Source: Gammaproteobacteria bacterium (lineage in GTDB: Bacteria > Pseudomonadota > Gammaproteobacteria > CAJXQU01). Taken from it: a stretch of DNA of 64,000 bases. The translations under genes were made by a program, and so were the position numbers. The stretch's first letter is position 1; each line of letters opens with the position of its first letter. Location: the NCBI GenBank assembly GCA_965238175.1, contig CBDEGZ010000003.1:934089-998088 (forward strand). The letters run 5' to 3'. The notes beneath the pieces were generated by a model that made no database searches, was not told the origin of the DNA, and saw only the letters and a list, made by a program, of their open reading frames with translations. This document shows positions 49,104-58,518 of the stretch, one piece after another.

Positions 49104-49886
49104 ATGGCAGAAACACAAATCGAATGGACAGATGCGACGTGGAATCCAGTTGCAGGTTGCTCTCTCGCAAGTGCCGGTTGCAAACACTGCTACGCCATGC
49201 AAATGGCTAGACGACTTGAGGCCATGGGGATCGACAAATACAAAGGACTTACTCAGAAGCGAGGCAAAAATGTCACATGGAATGGTATTGTTAAAGAAGA
49301 TAAATCTTCTTTATTAATTCCCTATACGTGGAAAAAACCGCGTAAAATTTTCGTAAATTCAATGAGCGACTTATTTCACGAAGATGTCAGTGAGGCATTT
49401 ATTCTTTCTGTCTGGAAAGTGATGCGCGAAACACCACAGCATAATTATCAAATATTGACTAAGCGTCCAGAAAGAATGCATCAAATCGTCTCCAAGAAAA
49501 TCAAAATAGTACTGCCAAATGTTTGGTTAGGCACGAGTGTTGAAAACGCAGAAGTCACTGAACGAATAAACCACTTACGCAAGATTCCTGCTGCCATAAG
49601 GTTTATCTCCTTTGAGCCACTTATTGACTCTGTTGGTTCTGTTAATTTGAAGAATATTCACTGGGCGATTGTTGGTGGTGAAAGCGGCAACAAAGCCAGA
49701 CCTATAAAAGAAGAATGGATTGATGAAATTCATGAACAGTGTGATCTCTACGATACGGCCTTCTTCTTTAAACAATGGGGTTCTTGGGGGAAAGACAATC
49801 AAAAACGATCTAAAAAAGCCAATGGCCGTGAATATAGGGGTAGAACGTGGGATGAAATGCCCATAACAGGTAATGTAGCAATGTAA
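49104..49886 (+). CDS. DUF5131 (phage Gp37/Gp68) family protein, three-Cys motif
   Basis: IEWTDATWNPVAGCSLASAGCKHCYA N-terminus (CX6CX2C) is the family signature as I recall it. Confidence 0.8.
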   Translation: MAETQIEWTDATWNPVAGCSLASAGCKHCYAMQMARRLEAMGIDKYKGLTQKRGKNVTWNGIVKEDKSSLLIPYTWKKPRKIFVNSMSDLFHEDVSEAFILSVWKVMRETPQHNYQILTKRPERMHQIVSKKIKIVLPNVWLGTSVENAEVTERINHLRKIPAAIRFISFEPLIDSVGSVNLKNIHWAIVGGESGNKARPIKEEWIDEIHEQCDLYDTAFFFKQWGSWGKDNQKRSKKANGREYRGRTWDEMPITGNVAM

Positions 49887-49905
49887 AACAGAGTGGTTTT
49901 GTTAC

Positions 49906-51159
49906 GTGGTAAAGAAAAAAATTGATTGGGAAGGTGGCGCTGAACTTGAAGACCACACAAAGAAAAAGCATACTATTCTTGAGAAATATTTTAGAGAATA
50001 TCTGATTATTCGTTGCCAGTTACCCCAACAGGAAAAATTCAGACTGGCTATAGTTGATGGGTTTTCTGGAGCAGGTCAATACAAGTGCGGCAGTTATGGC
50101 TCACCTCTCATATTTGTAGACGTACTCAGAAAAACCACAAATGAGATTAATTTACGCCGCGTAAATCAGGGTATACGCCCTATCCAGATCGAGTGTTTAT
50201 TAATCTTGAATGATTACGAGAAGTCTGCCGTTGAACTGCTTCGTAAAAATATTTCTCCTCTCTTAGTCGAGGCAAAAGATAATAACGACAAACTCTATAT
50301 AGAAACTGAATTCTTAAATGGAGCATTTGAGACAGTTTATCCCCAGATAAAAAAGAGATTGTTAACTGCAAGATGCAATAACGTGTTGTTCAATTTGGAT
50401 CAGTGTGGTTATTCACTTGTTCCAACAATTATTATTAGTGACATAGTGAGTACATGGCGTTCGGCTGAAATTCTTCTTACATTTATGATCAAAAGTATGT
50501 TGACATATTTATCTGCGAAAGAAGGAGCGAATAATGTTCCTTTAGAGCCTGAAATGAAGCAAAAGATCGATGCTTTATTGAGCGATAGCGATAACCTTCT
50601 TGGGAAAAAGGAATGGCTAGGTGAAGCTGAGAAAATTGCTCACGCTCATCTCCAAAACTGCGCAACATATGTGAGCCCCTTTTCAATCAATAACCCCTCT
50701 GGTTGGCGTTATTGGTTGATGCATTTTGCTAATGCGTATCGCGCTCGGCAAGTCTACAACGACATACTCCATCAGGTTAGTGCATCGCAAGCACATTACG
50801 GGCGACCAGGTTTGAATATGTTGTCATATGATCCTCAAGAAGAAGGGCAGCTATATTTATTTAGCGATGACTCCAGACAATCTGCGAAAGAGGCATTGTA
50901 TGACGATATTCCAAGGTTTGTAGCGGCATCGGGTGACACGCTTGCCATGCAGGATTTCTATGCTGCTGCATATAGCGAGACACCAGCTCATAGTGATGAT
51001 ATTCATGAAATGATTATTCAGAACCCTGATATGGAAGTCGTCACTGAATCAGGCGGCAACCGCCGAAAGGCTAACACGATTAAAGCAAATGATACTTTGA
51101 AGCTCAAGAGCCAGAAAAGTATGTTTTTTATGTTTTCAGATGTCCCCGAAAAAAAATAA
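49906..51159 (+). CDS. tcmP: Three-Cys-motif partner protein TcmP (tentative)
   Basis: 417 aa, immediately downstream of DUF5131. LEDHTKKKHTILEKYFREYL...IVDGFSGAGQY resembles the TcmP N-terminus. GTG start. Confidence 0.6.
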   Translation: MVKKKIDWEGGAELEDHTKKKHTILEKYFREYLIIRCQLPQQEKFRLAIVDGFSGAGQYKCGSYGSPLIFVDVLRKTTNEINLRRVNQGIRPIQIECLLILNDYEKSAVELLRKNISPLLVEAKDNNDKLYIETEFLNGAFETVYPQIKKRLLTARCNNVLFNLDQCGYSLVPTIIISDIVSTWRSAEILLTFMIKSMLTYLSAKEGANNVPLEPEMKQKIDALLSDSDNLLGKKEWLGEAEKIAHAHLQNCATYVSPFSINNPSGWRYWLMHFANAYRARQVYNDILHQVSASQAHYGRPGLNMLSYDPQEEGQLYLFSDDSRQSAKEALYDDIPRFVAASGDTLAMQDFYAAAYSETPAHSDDIHEMIIQNPDMEVVTESGGNRRKANTIKANDTLKLKSQKSMFFMFSDVPEKK

Positions 51160-51391
51160 AAGGCCTTCTCACTTTATGCACGTGGGTATCCCTTCGCTAT
51201 CTCACTAGAGCTTTACCTAGGGGGAGCACAGCAAATGCATGATGGCTAAGTGCAGGTGGAAAGGCATTTTTCCAAGCCCTGCGAGTGATTAAAACGGCGA
51301 TACGTTTGACTGGAGCAATAGGCTCAATGCCTAATTTGCACCAGCGCTAGAGGTATCCAACAGGAGAACGCAGTGTCTCCTTTGGCAAGCG

Positions 51392-51429
51392 GCTTTGTAC
51401 TACCATTTAGGAAAATGGTAGTACAAAGC
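51392..51429. other. Perfect 17-bp inverted repeat with 4-nt loop in a 570-bp non-coding gap
   Basis: gctttgtactaccattt-agga-aaatggtagtacaaagc. There is no flanking T-run on either strand. Confidence 0.7.
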
Positions 51430-51729
51430 ACTGCTTGCGTGAAGCGACATGTGTAGTAGTCCCCGATACTTTGCGTTTAATGCTTATATCAGCTTCTGGA
51501 GTAAGCTAGCTACCCATAGACGGCTATTATTGTTTGTAAACCCGATAATTACATGCTTGATTCTGGGGTATGACTGTATTCGAAGTTTAGGCCGATTGAC
51601 CTTTCTTTTTAGCCGCTACTGAGTATGAAAATAGTTTCAACTCCATGGGATGTAACTGAAAAAAATGCCATCATTTATTACGCACCATTTGCTTATAAAC
51701 AAATGGCAAAACGAAAGAAGCGACTGTTC

Positions 51730-51939
51730 TTACAAGTAATAATCAGAAGGACTGCTTGTCTCGGCTTGGAACGATATGATTTCTTTATCTGCTTCCCAAG
51801 GAAGGCGCATTGATTTTTTCAAAAATACAGTCTGATACTTTTTATCAGTTTCAAGCCCATTTTCAACAATCATCTCTATCGCTTTATCATGTATCTGAAT
51901 CTTCCTACCAGAAGCTTTCTCCGTAAACTCTATCAACAT
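51730..51939 (-). CDS. Hypothetical 69-aa protein, last gene of the NTPase cassette
   Basis: ORF 32 nt downstream of the 153-aa gene. No family recognised. Confidence 0.4.
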   Translation of the reverse strand: MLIEFTEKASGRKIQIHDKAIEMIVENGLETDKKYQTVFLKKSMRLPWEADKEIISFQAETSSPSDYYL

Positions 51940-51971
51940 TTCATACCTTTCTGACTTGAGAGTTTTTTTAG

Positions 51972-52433
51972 TTATGTCTTTGTTACCGAATCTTTTAGCT
52001 TTTGTATACCATTATCTTTACCTTTTGCGTAATCATCGTCAAGAAGAGCATTTCTATCATTAATTTGTTTAAAAGTGTTCCAGAAAAACTTGTCTACTTC
52101 TTTTACAACCGCTCCATACTCCGCCTTGGTGACATGAGGCAACGTGGACAAGACGTCAAGATACGTGCTTCTAATCTGGTATTCGGAACGGCCATTTCCA
52201 TTTCTCTCAAGTAGAGCATCAATATAATTTATAAGTGATAATAAAGAATTTTTAGCCAATAAATGCTGGTGCCTTTTTTCTCTACGCGAAATTAATATCT
52301 CAGCTTGATAGCTTGTAAAAAGCTGTAATAAAAGTGAAATGAAGACTCCAGCAAATAAGTAAACCATTCCATTGGGCATTGACTCCATTGTCATGGTAAT
52401 GGCTTGTTTAAAATCATTAATTAATGTGCACAT
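51972..52433 (-). CDS. Hypothetical single-pass membrane protein (153 aa)
   Basis: N-terminal TM helix MVYLFAGVFISLLLQLF. The start is 3 nt after the stop of the 842-aa gene. Confidence 0.5.
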   Translation of the reverse strand: MCTLINDFKQAITMTMESMPNGMVYLFAGVFISLLLQLFTSYQAEILISRREKRHQHLLAKNSLLSLINYIDALLERNGNGRSEYQIRSTYLDVLSTLPHVTKAEYGAVVKEVDKFFWNTFKQINDRNALLDDDYAKGKDNGIQKLKDSVTKT

Positions 52434-52436
52434 TAA

Positions 52437-54965
52437 TTAGATACCATAAGCTACAGGGAAAATCTTACTAAAATAATTGTGAAAGCTCTTGTATTCGTTA
52501 TATAACTCTTCCTGAGCTGGAAGCTCATCTTTTTTCACAGCGTAGTAGTAAACATCCTCAATAGATTTTTTAACAATCAAATCTGTATTAAATAGATTGC
52601 AATCAATGTTTGATAAATCTCCCCATACGTTTACGTACTTTTTCATCTCCACCTCTTGCGCAGCTTTTAACAAACCCATAAAACGAACTACCTTTCGAAG
52701 TTTGTGCCCCATGACTTTTACATAGCAGTGGGGGTAATCTTCTCTCACGAGATAAGAATAATTGAACATAGTTATGTATTGAAACGGTGCATATTCTAAG
52801 GACTGAGGGTTTTGATATAAATTAGGTAGCCCTAGTTCCTTATTCCGAATTTCAACTCTCGGTAATATACTTAGCCGATGAGTTTCAGGTGGGAGTGGCA
52901 ATTTTGGGTCATCAATTACTAATTGCGTATATAAAAAATCAGCCACCAAGGGCAGATCATCACTATTTGCATCTTCATGAAAAAGTTCCTTAGCTCTAGG
53001 CGTAAGCTCGATATTTTCATGGTCAAATTTCTGTTTCCTCAGGCTAGAGAGTCGTCTTTCTACCTGCAATAATCTTGGGCCTTGTTGAATGCGTTGAAGT
53101 CTGGTTATAGTCTTACAAAAACTTATGATATCGTAAAACCCATTAGGGTTGCCTTCACCACTTCTATTATTTGGGTAATCGCAAAAATGTTCTAACAACT
53201 CCTTCAACCTGATCTTCCCGTTTGTTTTTAAAAAGTCCACAATCATTGGTATTAGCCAATAATCTGGTGTGCTTGGCCGTTCTTCATTGGTATAGGCTAA
53301 AAACACATTTGGGAAATGGGAGTTATGCTCTGAAAAACGAATTCTATGCCTAGAGGCTTGCACCATGATTGCAAGGTTTGGTTTCTTAAAAATCCTATTT
53401 TGCGCATTAACATTTAGTTTATCGTGAGAAGAGTCCTGTTGCACCCATGAGAATGCTTTAAAAACTCTTATCGCGTCACGGAGGCCTGAGCCCGATAGTT
53501 TTACTATCCTATCAATTGACTTTGCATGCCTATTATTCATTGCCTTTACTGAAACAGGATTTTTTTCATAGTCACTTAGTTTTTTTGCGAGATCACTTAC
53601 GGTTTTTACTAGGGCATTGATTTGTTTGATATGGTTTATTACCTTATGGTTCTTTTCATCTTGTGAGTTTAGGGTATCAAAGGAATCGTTCAGAGCCTTT
53701 CTTAACTCACTCAAAGTGGCATTCATATCCAAAAAGGTATCGGGTAATTCAATAAGACTTTCATCGGTGGGTTTCTTATGATTGATCAGTTCACACTGCA
53801 ATAAAAGTCGACATCCAATAGCTAGGTAATGTAAACGTTTGAGAATAATTAACTGTGCAGGTGCTTTTGAAGTTGAGTGAAGCGAGTATGTGTTTTCTGA
53901 TGAAATTAGCTTATCTCCACCACCTGCAGATATTGATGAAGAAAGTTGCTCTAGAAGACTATATGAATCTTTTCTAAGTATAATTAGTATCGCCCCACAA
54001 ACCTTTGACCAATTTCTATTTGATGAAAGAAGATTTCCTAAAACAGTTATAAACGAAAACAAGCACTTCTGTTTTTTGTCCTTGATTTTTGTCTTGCCAT
54101 TTTTCACCGATATAGTTTGTATTTCGTCATTCTCATGAAAAACAAAGTCAATATTATCTAAGATGATGATAACATTCCGCTTTGAGGCTCTTTTTAGATA
54201 GCCTAAGTACTCTATAGTCTCAACTTCTGCTTTATGTTCTTCTTTCTTCTGAACATACTTAAATATATTCTTCTCGTATGTTTCAAAGGCATCTTTATCA
54301 TTTTCAGAAAAAAAGTTAACTTCTTTGTGAGTGGTTAAGCTCTCTCGTACTTGATTCACTTTTCTTACAACTTCAAGACAGAATTGATTCATATCGAAAC
54401 CATCACGATAGAATTGTTGTAGGTTTATTCTAATGAACCATATCTTATCGTTCTGAATCGAGTTTGCTATTAAATGTGACGACAGAATATAACTAAGAAA
54501 TGATGACTTTCCAGAGCCAACATCACCGACTATGGAGAAAACTGAACTACGGCGATTAACTGAGCTTTTAATAAAAACCCTTTGAAAAAATTCGTCGATG
54601 GATTTTTCTGCAGACTCTTCTAATTGCGAGCCATGACTTTGCCCTTGCCCATGATGCACCATAGGCAAATCAAGAAGTTTTAGAATGTAATAATATCTTC
54701 TTAAAATATCATTCCTTCCCCCCGAAGTTAAAAGGGCATCTTCAGGAATATTTTGAGGATTATCTAAAGCCTTTCCATTTAGAAGCCCACTGGCATCAAA
54801 ACTTATAGCCTGTTCATCAAAAACAAATTGGAATAATTTATCTAGCTCATTATACCTTGCTCTAAAAGGACCCTCATCGTTATTAACCAATGGATTAACG
54901 GTTGATAAGCTGCCCTCATGTTCTGACGTACAATCACGATATGTAAACCAATTAGGATTTGTCAT
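52437..54965 (-). CDS. Large P-loop NTPase (842 aa), STAND/KAP-like; N- and C-terminal regions unassigned
   Basis: Walker A VGDVGSGKSSF. Candidate Walker B VIIILDNIDF about 125 aa later. No other motif recognised. Confidence 0.6.
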   Translation of the reverse strand: MTNPNWFTYRDCTSEHEGSLSTVNPLVNNDEGPFRARYNELDKLFQFVFDEQAISFDASGLLNGKALDNPQNIPEDALLTSGGRNDILRRYYYILKLLDLPMVHHGQGQSHGSQLEESAEKSIDEFFQRVFIKSSVNRRSSVFSIVGDVGSGKSSFLSYILSSHLIANSIQNDKIWFIRINLQQFYRDGFDMNQFCLEVVRKVNQVRESLTTHKEVNFFSENDKDAFETYEKNIFKYVQKKEEHKAEVETIEYLGYLKRASKRNVIIILDNIDFVFHENDEIQTISVKNGKTKIKDKKQKCLFSFITVLGNLLSSNRNWSKVCGAILIILRKDSYSLLEQLSSSISAGGGDKLISSENTYSLHSTSKAPAQLIILKRLHYLAIGCRLLLQCELINHKKPTDESLIELPDTFLDMNATLSELRKALNDSFDTLNSQDEKNHKVINHIKQINALVKTVSDLAKKLSDYEKNPVSVKAMNNRHAKSIDRIVKLSGSGLRDAIRVFKAFSWVQQDSSHDKLNVNAQNRIFKKPNLAIMVQASRHRIRFSEHNSHFPNVFLAYTNEERPSTPDYWLIPMIVDFLKTNGKIRLKELLEHFCDYPNNRSGEGNPNGFYDIISFCKTITRLQRIQQGPRLLQVERRLSSLRKQKFDHENIELTPRAKELFHEDANSDDLPLVADFLYTQLVIDDPKLPLPPETHRLSILPRVEIRNKELGLPNLYQNPQSLEYAPFQYITMFNYSYLVREDYPHCYVKVMGHKLRKVVRFMGLLKAAQEVEMKKYVNVWGDLSNIDCNLFNTDLIVKKSIEDVYYYAVKKDELPAQEELYNEYKSFHNYFSKIFPVAYGI

Positions 54966-55092
54966 AATTTTCTCAACTTGTATTTATATGTTTTTATATG
55001 AATTTCGTTGTGCTAATTTATGAATTCAAATATTTTGGTTTTTATTTTTCGATAGTTTAGAATAAAGTAAGAATCCACACTAAGCGTTATGC

Positions 55093-55701
55093 TTAGAAAT
55101 CGCTGACAACATCTAAGAAGGATTTGCTTTCGTTCAAGTCCAGAGGTTCTGCTTCGAGCTCTGATTTAAACAATAGAAATGCCTTTTCAGATAATTTATA
55201 TATTATTTTCTCGTTCGAAATTTCAGTCAGGCCACTCTCTCTCCCCGCTGCCATTATCAGAGAAGCATAGCCGACGTAACTACCAAAAAAACGACTATTA
55301 ATTCCATATGATTGTTTGAATCGACCTTTTAGAATTTTCAAAAAAAAGAGCATTTGTGGTTTCACTTCAAGCATCGAATTGTTGACATCTTTTGGTGAAA
55401 CCCTTCTCTCTTCATCGTAATTCCATGTACCCACCAAAAAGTGCCGTATAGTCGCAATTAATTTTTTCATTAAATCTGGCCTTTTTAGAGCTAACTGGCG
55501 ATAGTTGAAAGTCTGTAACGCACGGCTTCCTAGTGCTTGGTAATATTTATGCACAGTTACCTTTGATACGAAAGTTTTCTTTGCGGTTTTGTCAGCCTCA
55601 ACTCCTTCACACCAATATTTTAGAACACTTAAAAACTTATCCTCACTCAGGTTAGAGTTTTTTACGAACTTATTTTTAGGTGTATAGAATTTACGCGGCA
55701 T
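55093..55701 (-). CDS. Hypothetical 202-aa protein (possible N-terminal HTH), upstream of the NTPase
   Basis: Same strand, 127 nt upstream of the NTPase gene, AT-rich. VSKVTVHKYYQAL looks HTH-like. Confidence 0.4.
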   Translation of the reverse strand: MPRKFYTPKNKFVKNSNLSEDKFLSVLKYWCEGVEADKTAKKTFVSKVTVHKYYQALGSRALQTFNYRQLALKRPDLMKKLIATIRHFLVGTWNYDEERRVSPKDVNNSMLEVKPQMLFFLKILKGRFKQSYGINSRFFGSYVGYASLIMAAGRESGLTEISNEKIIYKLSEKAFLLFKSELEAEPLDLNESKSFLDVVSDF

Positions 55702-55816
55702 TCATTGATGGTACAACAGTCTTTACTAGCTTTTCTATGGTTGCTGTCATTGTAAAAATATCCCCTATGATATGAAACCTCTTAAAAAAACACCGCAGAA
55801 GCGGTAAGAGGTACAA

Positions 55817-56119
55817 ATGTTCAACAAATCCAAGTCCTCTAGTAATAAGGGGCAATCAACCGTCGAAAGTTCACTCTACGGGATGGCAAATATGCTGGCA
55901 TTAATAGCTGCATTTCTTGTCGCTCCGCAGATTTACGAGCATTCGGCAGATCCCGTCTATATGTATTTACTTAATTCCTACAGCGATCAAACACTGGCGG
56001 AATTAGGAATCTACGTGTGGACATTCCTTGCAACCGCCTGTGTGTATTTTTTAAGCCGCGCCATCTTTGTATTGGCGCTCATGCTGATTGCACAGCGGCT
56101 GCTTGTTTTAGCATTTTAA
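55817..56119 (+). CDS. Small polytopic membrane protein (100 aa)
   Basis: Two to three TM helices. RBS aagagg. Confidence 0.45.
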   Translation: MFNKSKSSSNKGQSTVESSLYGMANMLALIAAFLVAPQIYEHSADPVYMYLLNSYSDQTLAELGIYVWTFLATACVYFLSRAIFVLALMLIAQRLLVLAF

Positions 56120-56137
56120 ATAAACAGGAGAAATATC

Positions 56138-56263
56138 ATGCCAAAAAAAGTATTAAGCAAACCAGTCGGTACTGTCCATAGAGTCGAATCCAAATGGACT
56201 TTTAGTGACTATGTAATCGGTGCTGTCATTGTGTTTGTTTTAATCGCTGTCTTCTCTGGCTAA
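56138..56263 (+). CDS. 41-aa single-TM protein
   Basis: Manual ORF MPKKVLSKPVGTVHRVESKWTFSDYVIGAVIVFVLIAVFSG with RBS caggag. It is followed by the gccccgc-ttcg-gcggggc hairpin (56289-56306). Confidence 0.35.
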   Translation: MPKKVLSKPVGTVHRVESKWTFSDYVIGAVIVFVLIAVFSG

Positions 56264-56325
56264 TTAGCTAGCAAGACATTCATCCACCGCCCCGCTTCGG
56301 CGGGGCAACTTTCTGGATAAACATT

Positions 56326-57936
56326 ATGAACTACGAACAAGACCGTTTCGGCAGTGCCGGAGCCGTTTCAACCCATGCGTTGAAACACGCCAAGATTATT
56401 GGTGGTAAAGGCATCAGTTTTGGTTTTGATGCCACCAAGCGTCATGAACTCCGTATTCCCACCGATGGCTCAACCGCCTTATTCGGTGGTGCAGGAAGTG
56501 GTAAAAGCGCAGGCCCCTTTGCCAATGCATTAATTGGTGGACATCTACCGGGTAATTTTATCTGTTTTGACCCACGCGGCGAACTCGCTGCTGTTAGCAT
56601 GCTATCCCTATCGCTACAGGGTTATGAAATTTTTTACATTAACCACACCGGCATGTTGGGTTTACCCCAGCATCAAGTCAATCCACTCGACCATCTGAGA
56701 ATTGATAGTCCAAGTTTAATTCCCGATGCCCAAAAATCGGCACTGGACTTTTGTCCTACCCCGGCGGGGATGCGAGCGAGTTGGGCCTTTGATGATGCGA
56801 GGCGTTGGCTTACAGATTTATCACTCTATGATGCGGAACGTAATGGCTGTGCCAGCTTACCCGGTATCTATCAATTACTGCTTTCCTTACAAGGCGATTT
56901 AAACCAATGGTGCCAACATCTAGATCGGATGCTGCAATCACGCTTTGCAACCGTCCGTAGCTTTGCTAATGAGATTATGAGTTTGCAGCAAGAAGGCCGT
57001 GAGAGTTTTACCGCGCCTATGGGTGTGTTGCAAAATGCCTTTGCCTTTATGCGTGACCCACGTTTGCAACATACCTTCAGTGGTAATGACTTTTCTCTGC
57101 AATGGCTCACAGAGCCTAATCGCAAAATCGGAGTATTCGTCAATTGGCCTATTGAGTATATCGACACCCAAGCCCCGGCCATTCGGCAAGTGATTGGCTC
57201 GGCCATTCAAAACAAACTACGTCAGCCGGGGAGTCAGCCTGTTAGTGTATTAATTGACGAAGCAGGTCAACTCAAAAACTTTCCTTCTGTGAGAGAACTT
57301 TTCACCTTTGGCCGAGGTGCAGGTCTTATCAGCAATATGGTGGCATGGCAGGAGATTTCTCAAATTCGTGCTGCTTTTGGCCCCCAAGCTGATGAGATTA
57401 TTGGTTCAGCACAGTTCAGAGTATTCAAGGGCGTACGTACGATGGACAGTGCCATGATGGTCTCACGTATGGCAGGCACCATGACGTTGGAATATGACGC
57501 TGTAAAAGAACAATCCGATGCCCGGCGTCTAAAACAACAGGCCGCCCAACGGATGCTAACAGGTGGGAGTTTCTTTGAAGCGGCGGCGGATTTACGGCAT
57601 TACAACGAGGCCGAAGAGCATCGCACCAAACAGGCCCGTCTAGTACTACAACCAGATGAAGTGCTGAACCTGCCACCCACTGCCATGGTCGCGTTTGCCT
57701 CCGGTTTGGTCGAAGGCCCAATTATTGGACATTGGATTAATCACTTTGAGCGTGCTGACTTTCCCGGAAAGTATCTCAACAACCCCTACCATGGAGAAGA
57801 GGTGCTACTTAAAACACGTTGGGGGTCAAAAAAGGCACGCATTATCGAAGAATCTGTTCCCGATGTCATGGCACATCTGCCGCAATACCAAAGCGGTACA
57901 TGGCGATATGTGGAAGGCTATCGCCCAAAAATATGA
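56326..57936 (+). CDS. Type IV coupling protein (TraG/VirD4/TraD-like ATPase) lacking an N-terminal TM domain
   Basis: Walker A FGGAGSGKSAG at about aa 55. Walker B VSVLIDEAGQL. No hydrophobic N-terminus. Confidence 0.65.
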   Translation: MNYEQDRFGSAGAVSTHALKHAKIIGGKGISFGFDATKRHELRIPTDGSTALFGGAGSGKSAGPFANALIGGHLPGNFICFDPRGELAAVSMLSLSLQGYEIFYINHTGMLGLPQHQVNPLDHLRIDSPSLIPDAQKSALDFCPTPAGMRASWAFDDARRWLTDLSLYDAERNGCASLPGIYQLLLSLQGDLNQWCQHLDRMLQSRFATVRSFANEIMSLQQEGRESFTAPMGVLQNAFAFMRDPRLQHTFSGNDFSLQWLTEPNRKIGVFVNWPIEYIDTQAPAIRQVIGSAIQNKLRQPGSQPVSVLIDEAGQLKNFPSVRELFTFGRGAGLISNMVAWQEISQIRAAFGPQADEIIGSAQFRVFKGVRTMDSAMMVSRMAGTMTLEYDAVKEQSDARRLKQQAAQRMLTGGSFFEAAADLRHYNEAEEHRTKQARLVLQPDEVLNLPPTAMVAFASGLVEGPIIGHWINHFERADFPGKYLNNPYHGEEVLLKTRWGSKKARIIEESVPDVMAHLPQYQSGTWRYVEGYRPKI

Positions 57937-57947
57937 GGTAATTATGA

Positions 57948-58490
57948 ATGATCACCAAAGACGAACTCAAAAGACTGGAACAACCGTCCCGGCAAAACAA
58001 AGAACTGCATTATACGATTGGCGGCTCTGTAGAATCTGCCGTTCACTCAAATTTAGAGAGTGAGCGTATCAGCAAGCTTAATAAAGGCCACCGCATCATG
58101 AATAAGGCCGTTCAACAGTTTGAAAATAACATGGCCTTTAAATCACGCGAAGGACTGGCACACAGTCAGTTTCAGCAATTGGTGAATAGTGAACCACCGC
58201 CGCCAGACAGAAAGCTTGCTGAACAAACATGGCAGGATAATCATAAGGTGGCGCACCAAGAAACATTCGATAAAGCCCGCAAACAGTTTCGCTCTGCGAT
58301 GCAACAGGCAACCCAAGGTGAGCTTCCCATTATCGATACCGATTCAGGCTATGGTGCAGGTCAGGACAATACCACCGTTGAGAAATACGTTAACCATACC
58401 ACTAAGGAACAACAACCTGTCCGCAATGAACGGGTTAAGGCATTCGCACAAAATATGACGCAAGACCGCAGTCAAGGTTTAGAACGCTAA
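57948..58490 (+). CDS. Hypothetical protein
   Basis: 180-aa ORF that ends in ...DRSQGLER. Confidence 0.4.
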   Translation: MITKDELKRLEQPSRQNKELHYTIGGSVESAVHSNLESERISKLNKGHRIMNKAVQQFENNMAFKSREGLAHSQFQQLVNSEPPPPDRKLAEQTWQDNHKVAHQETFDKARKQFRSAMQQATQGELPIIDTDSGYGAGQDNTTVEKYVNHTTKEQQPVRNERVKAFAQNMTQDRSQGLER

Positions 58491-58518
58491 TTTTTTACCA
58501 GCACACAGGAGAACCATT

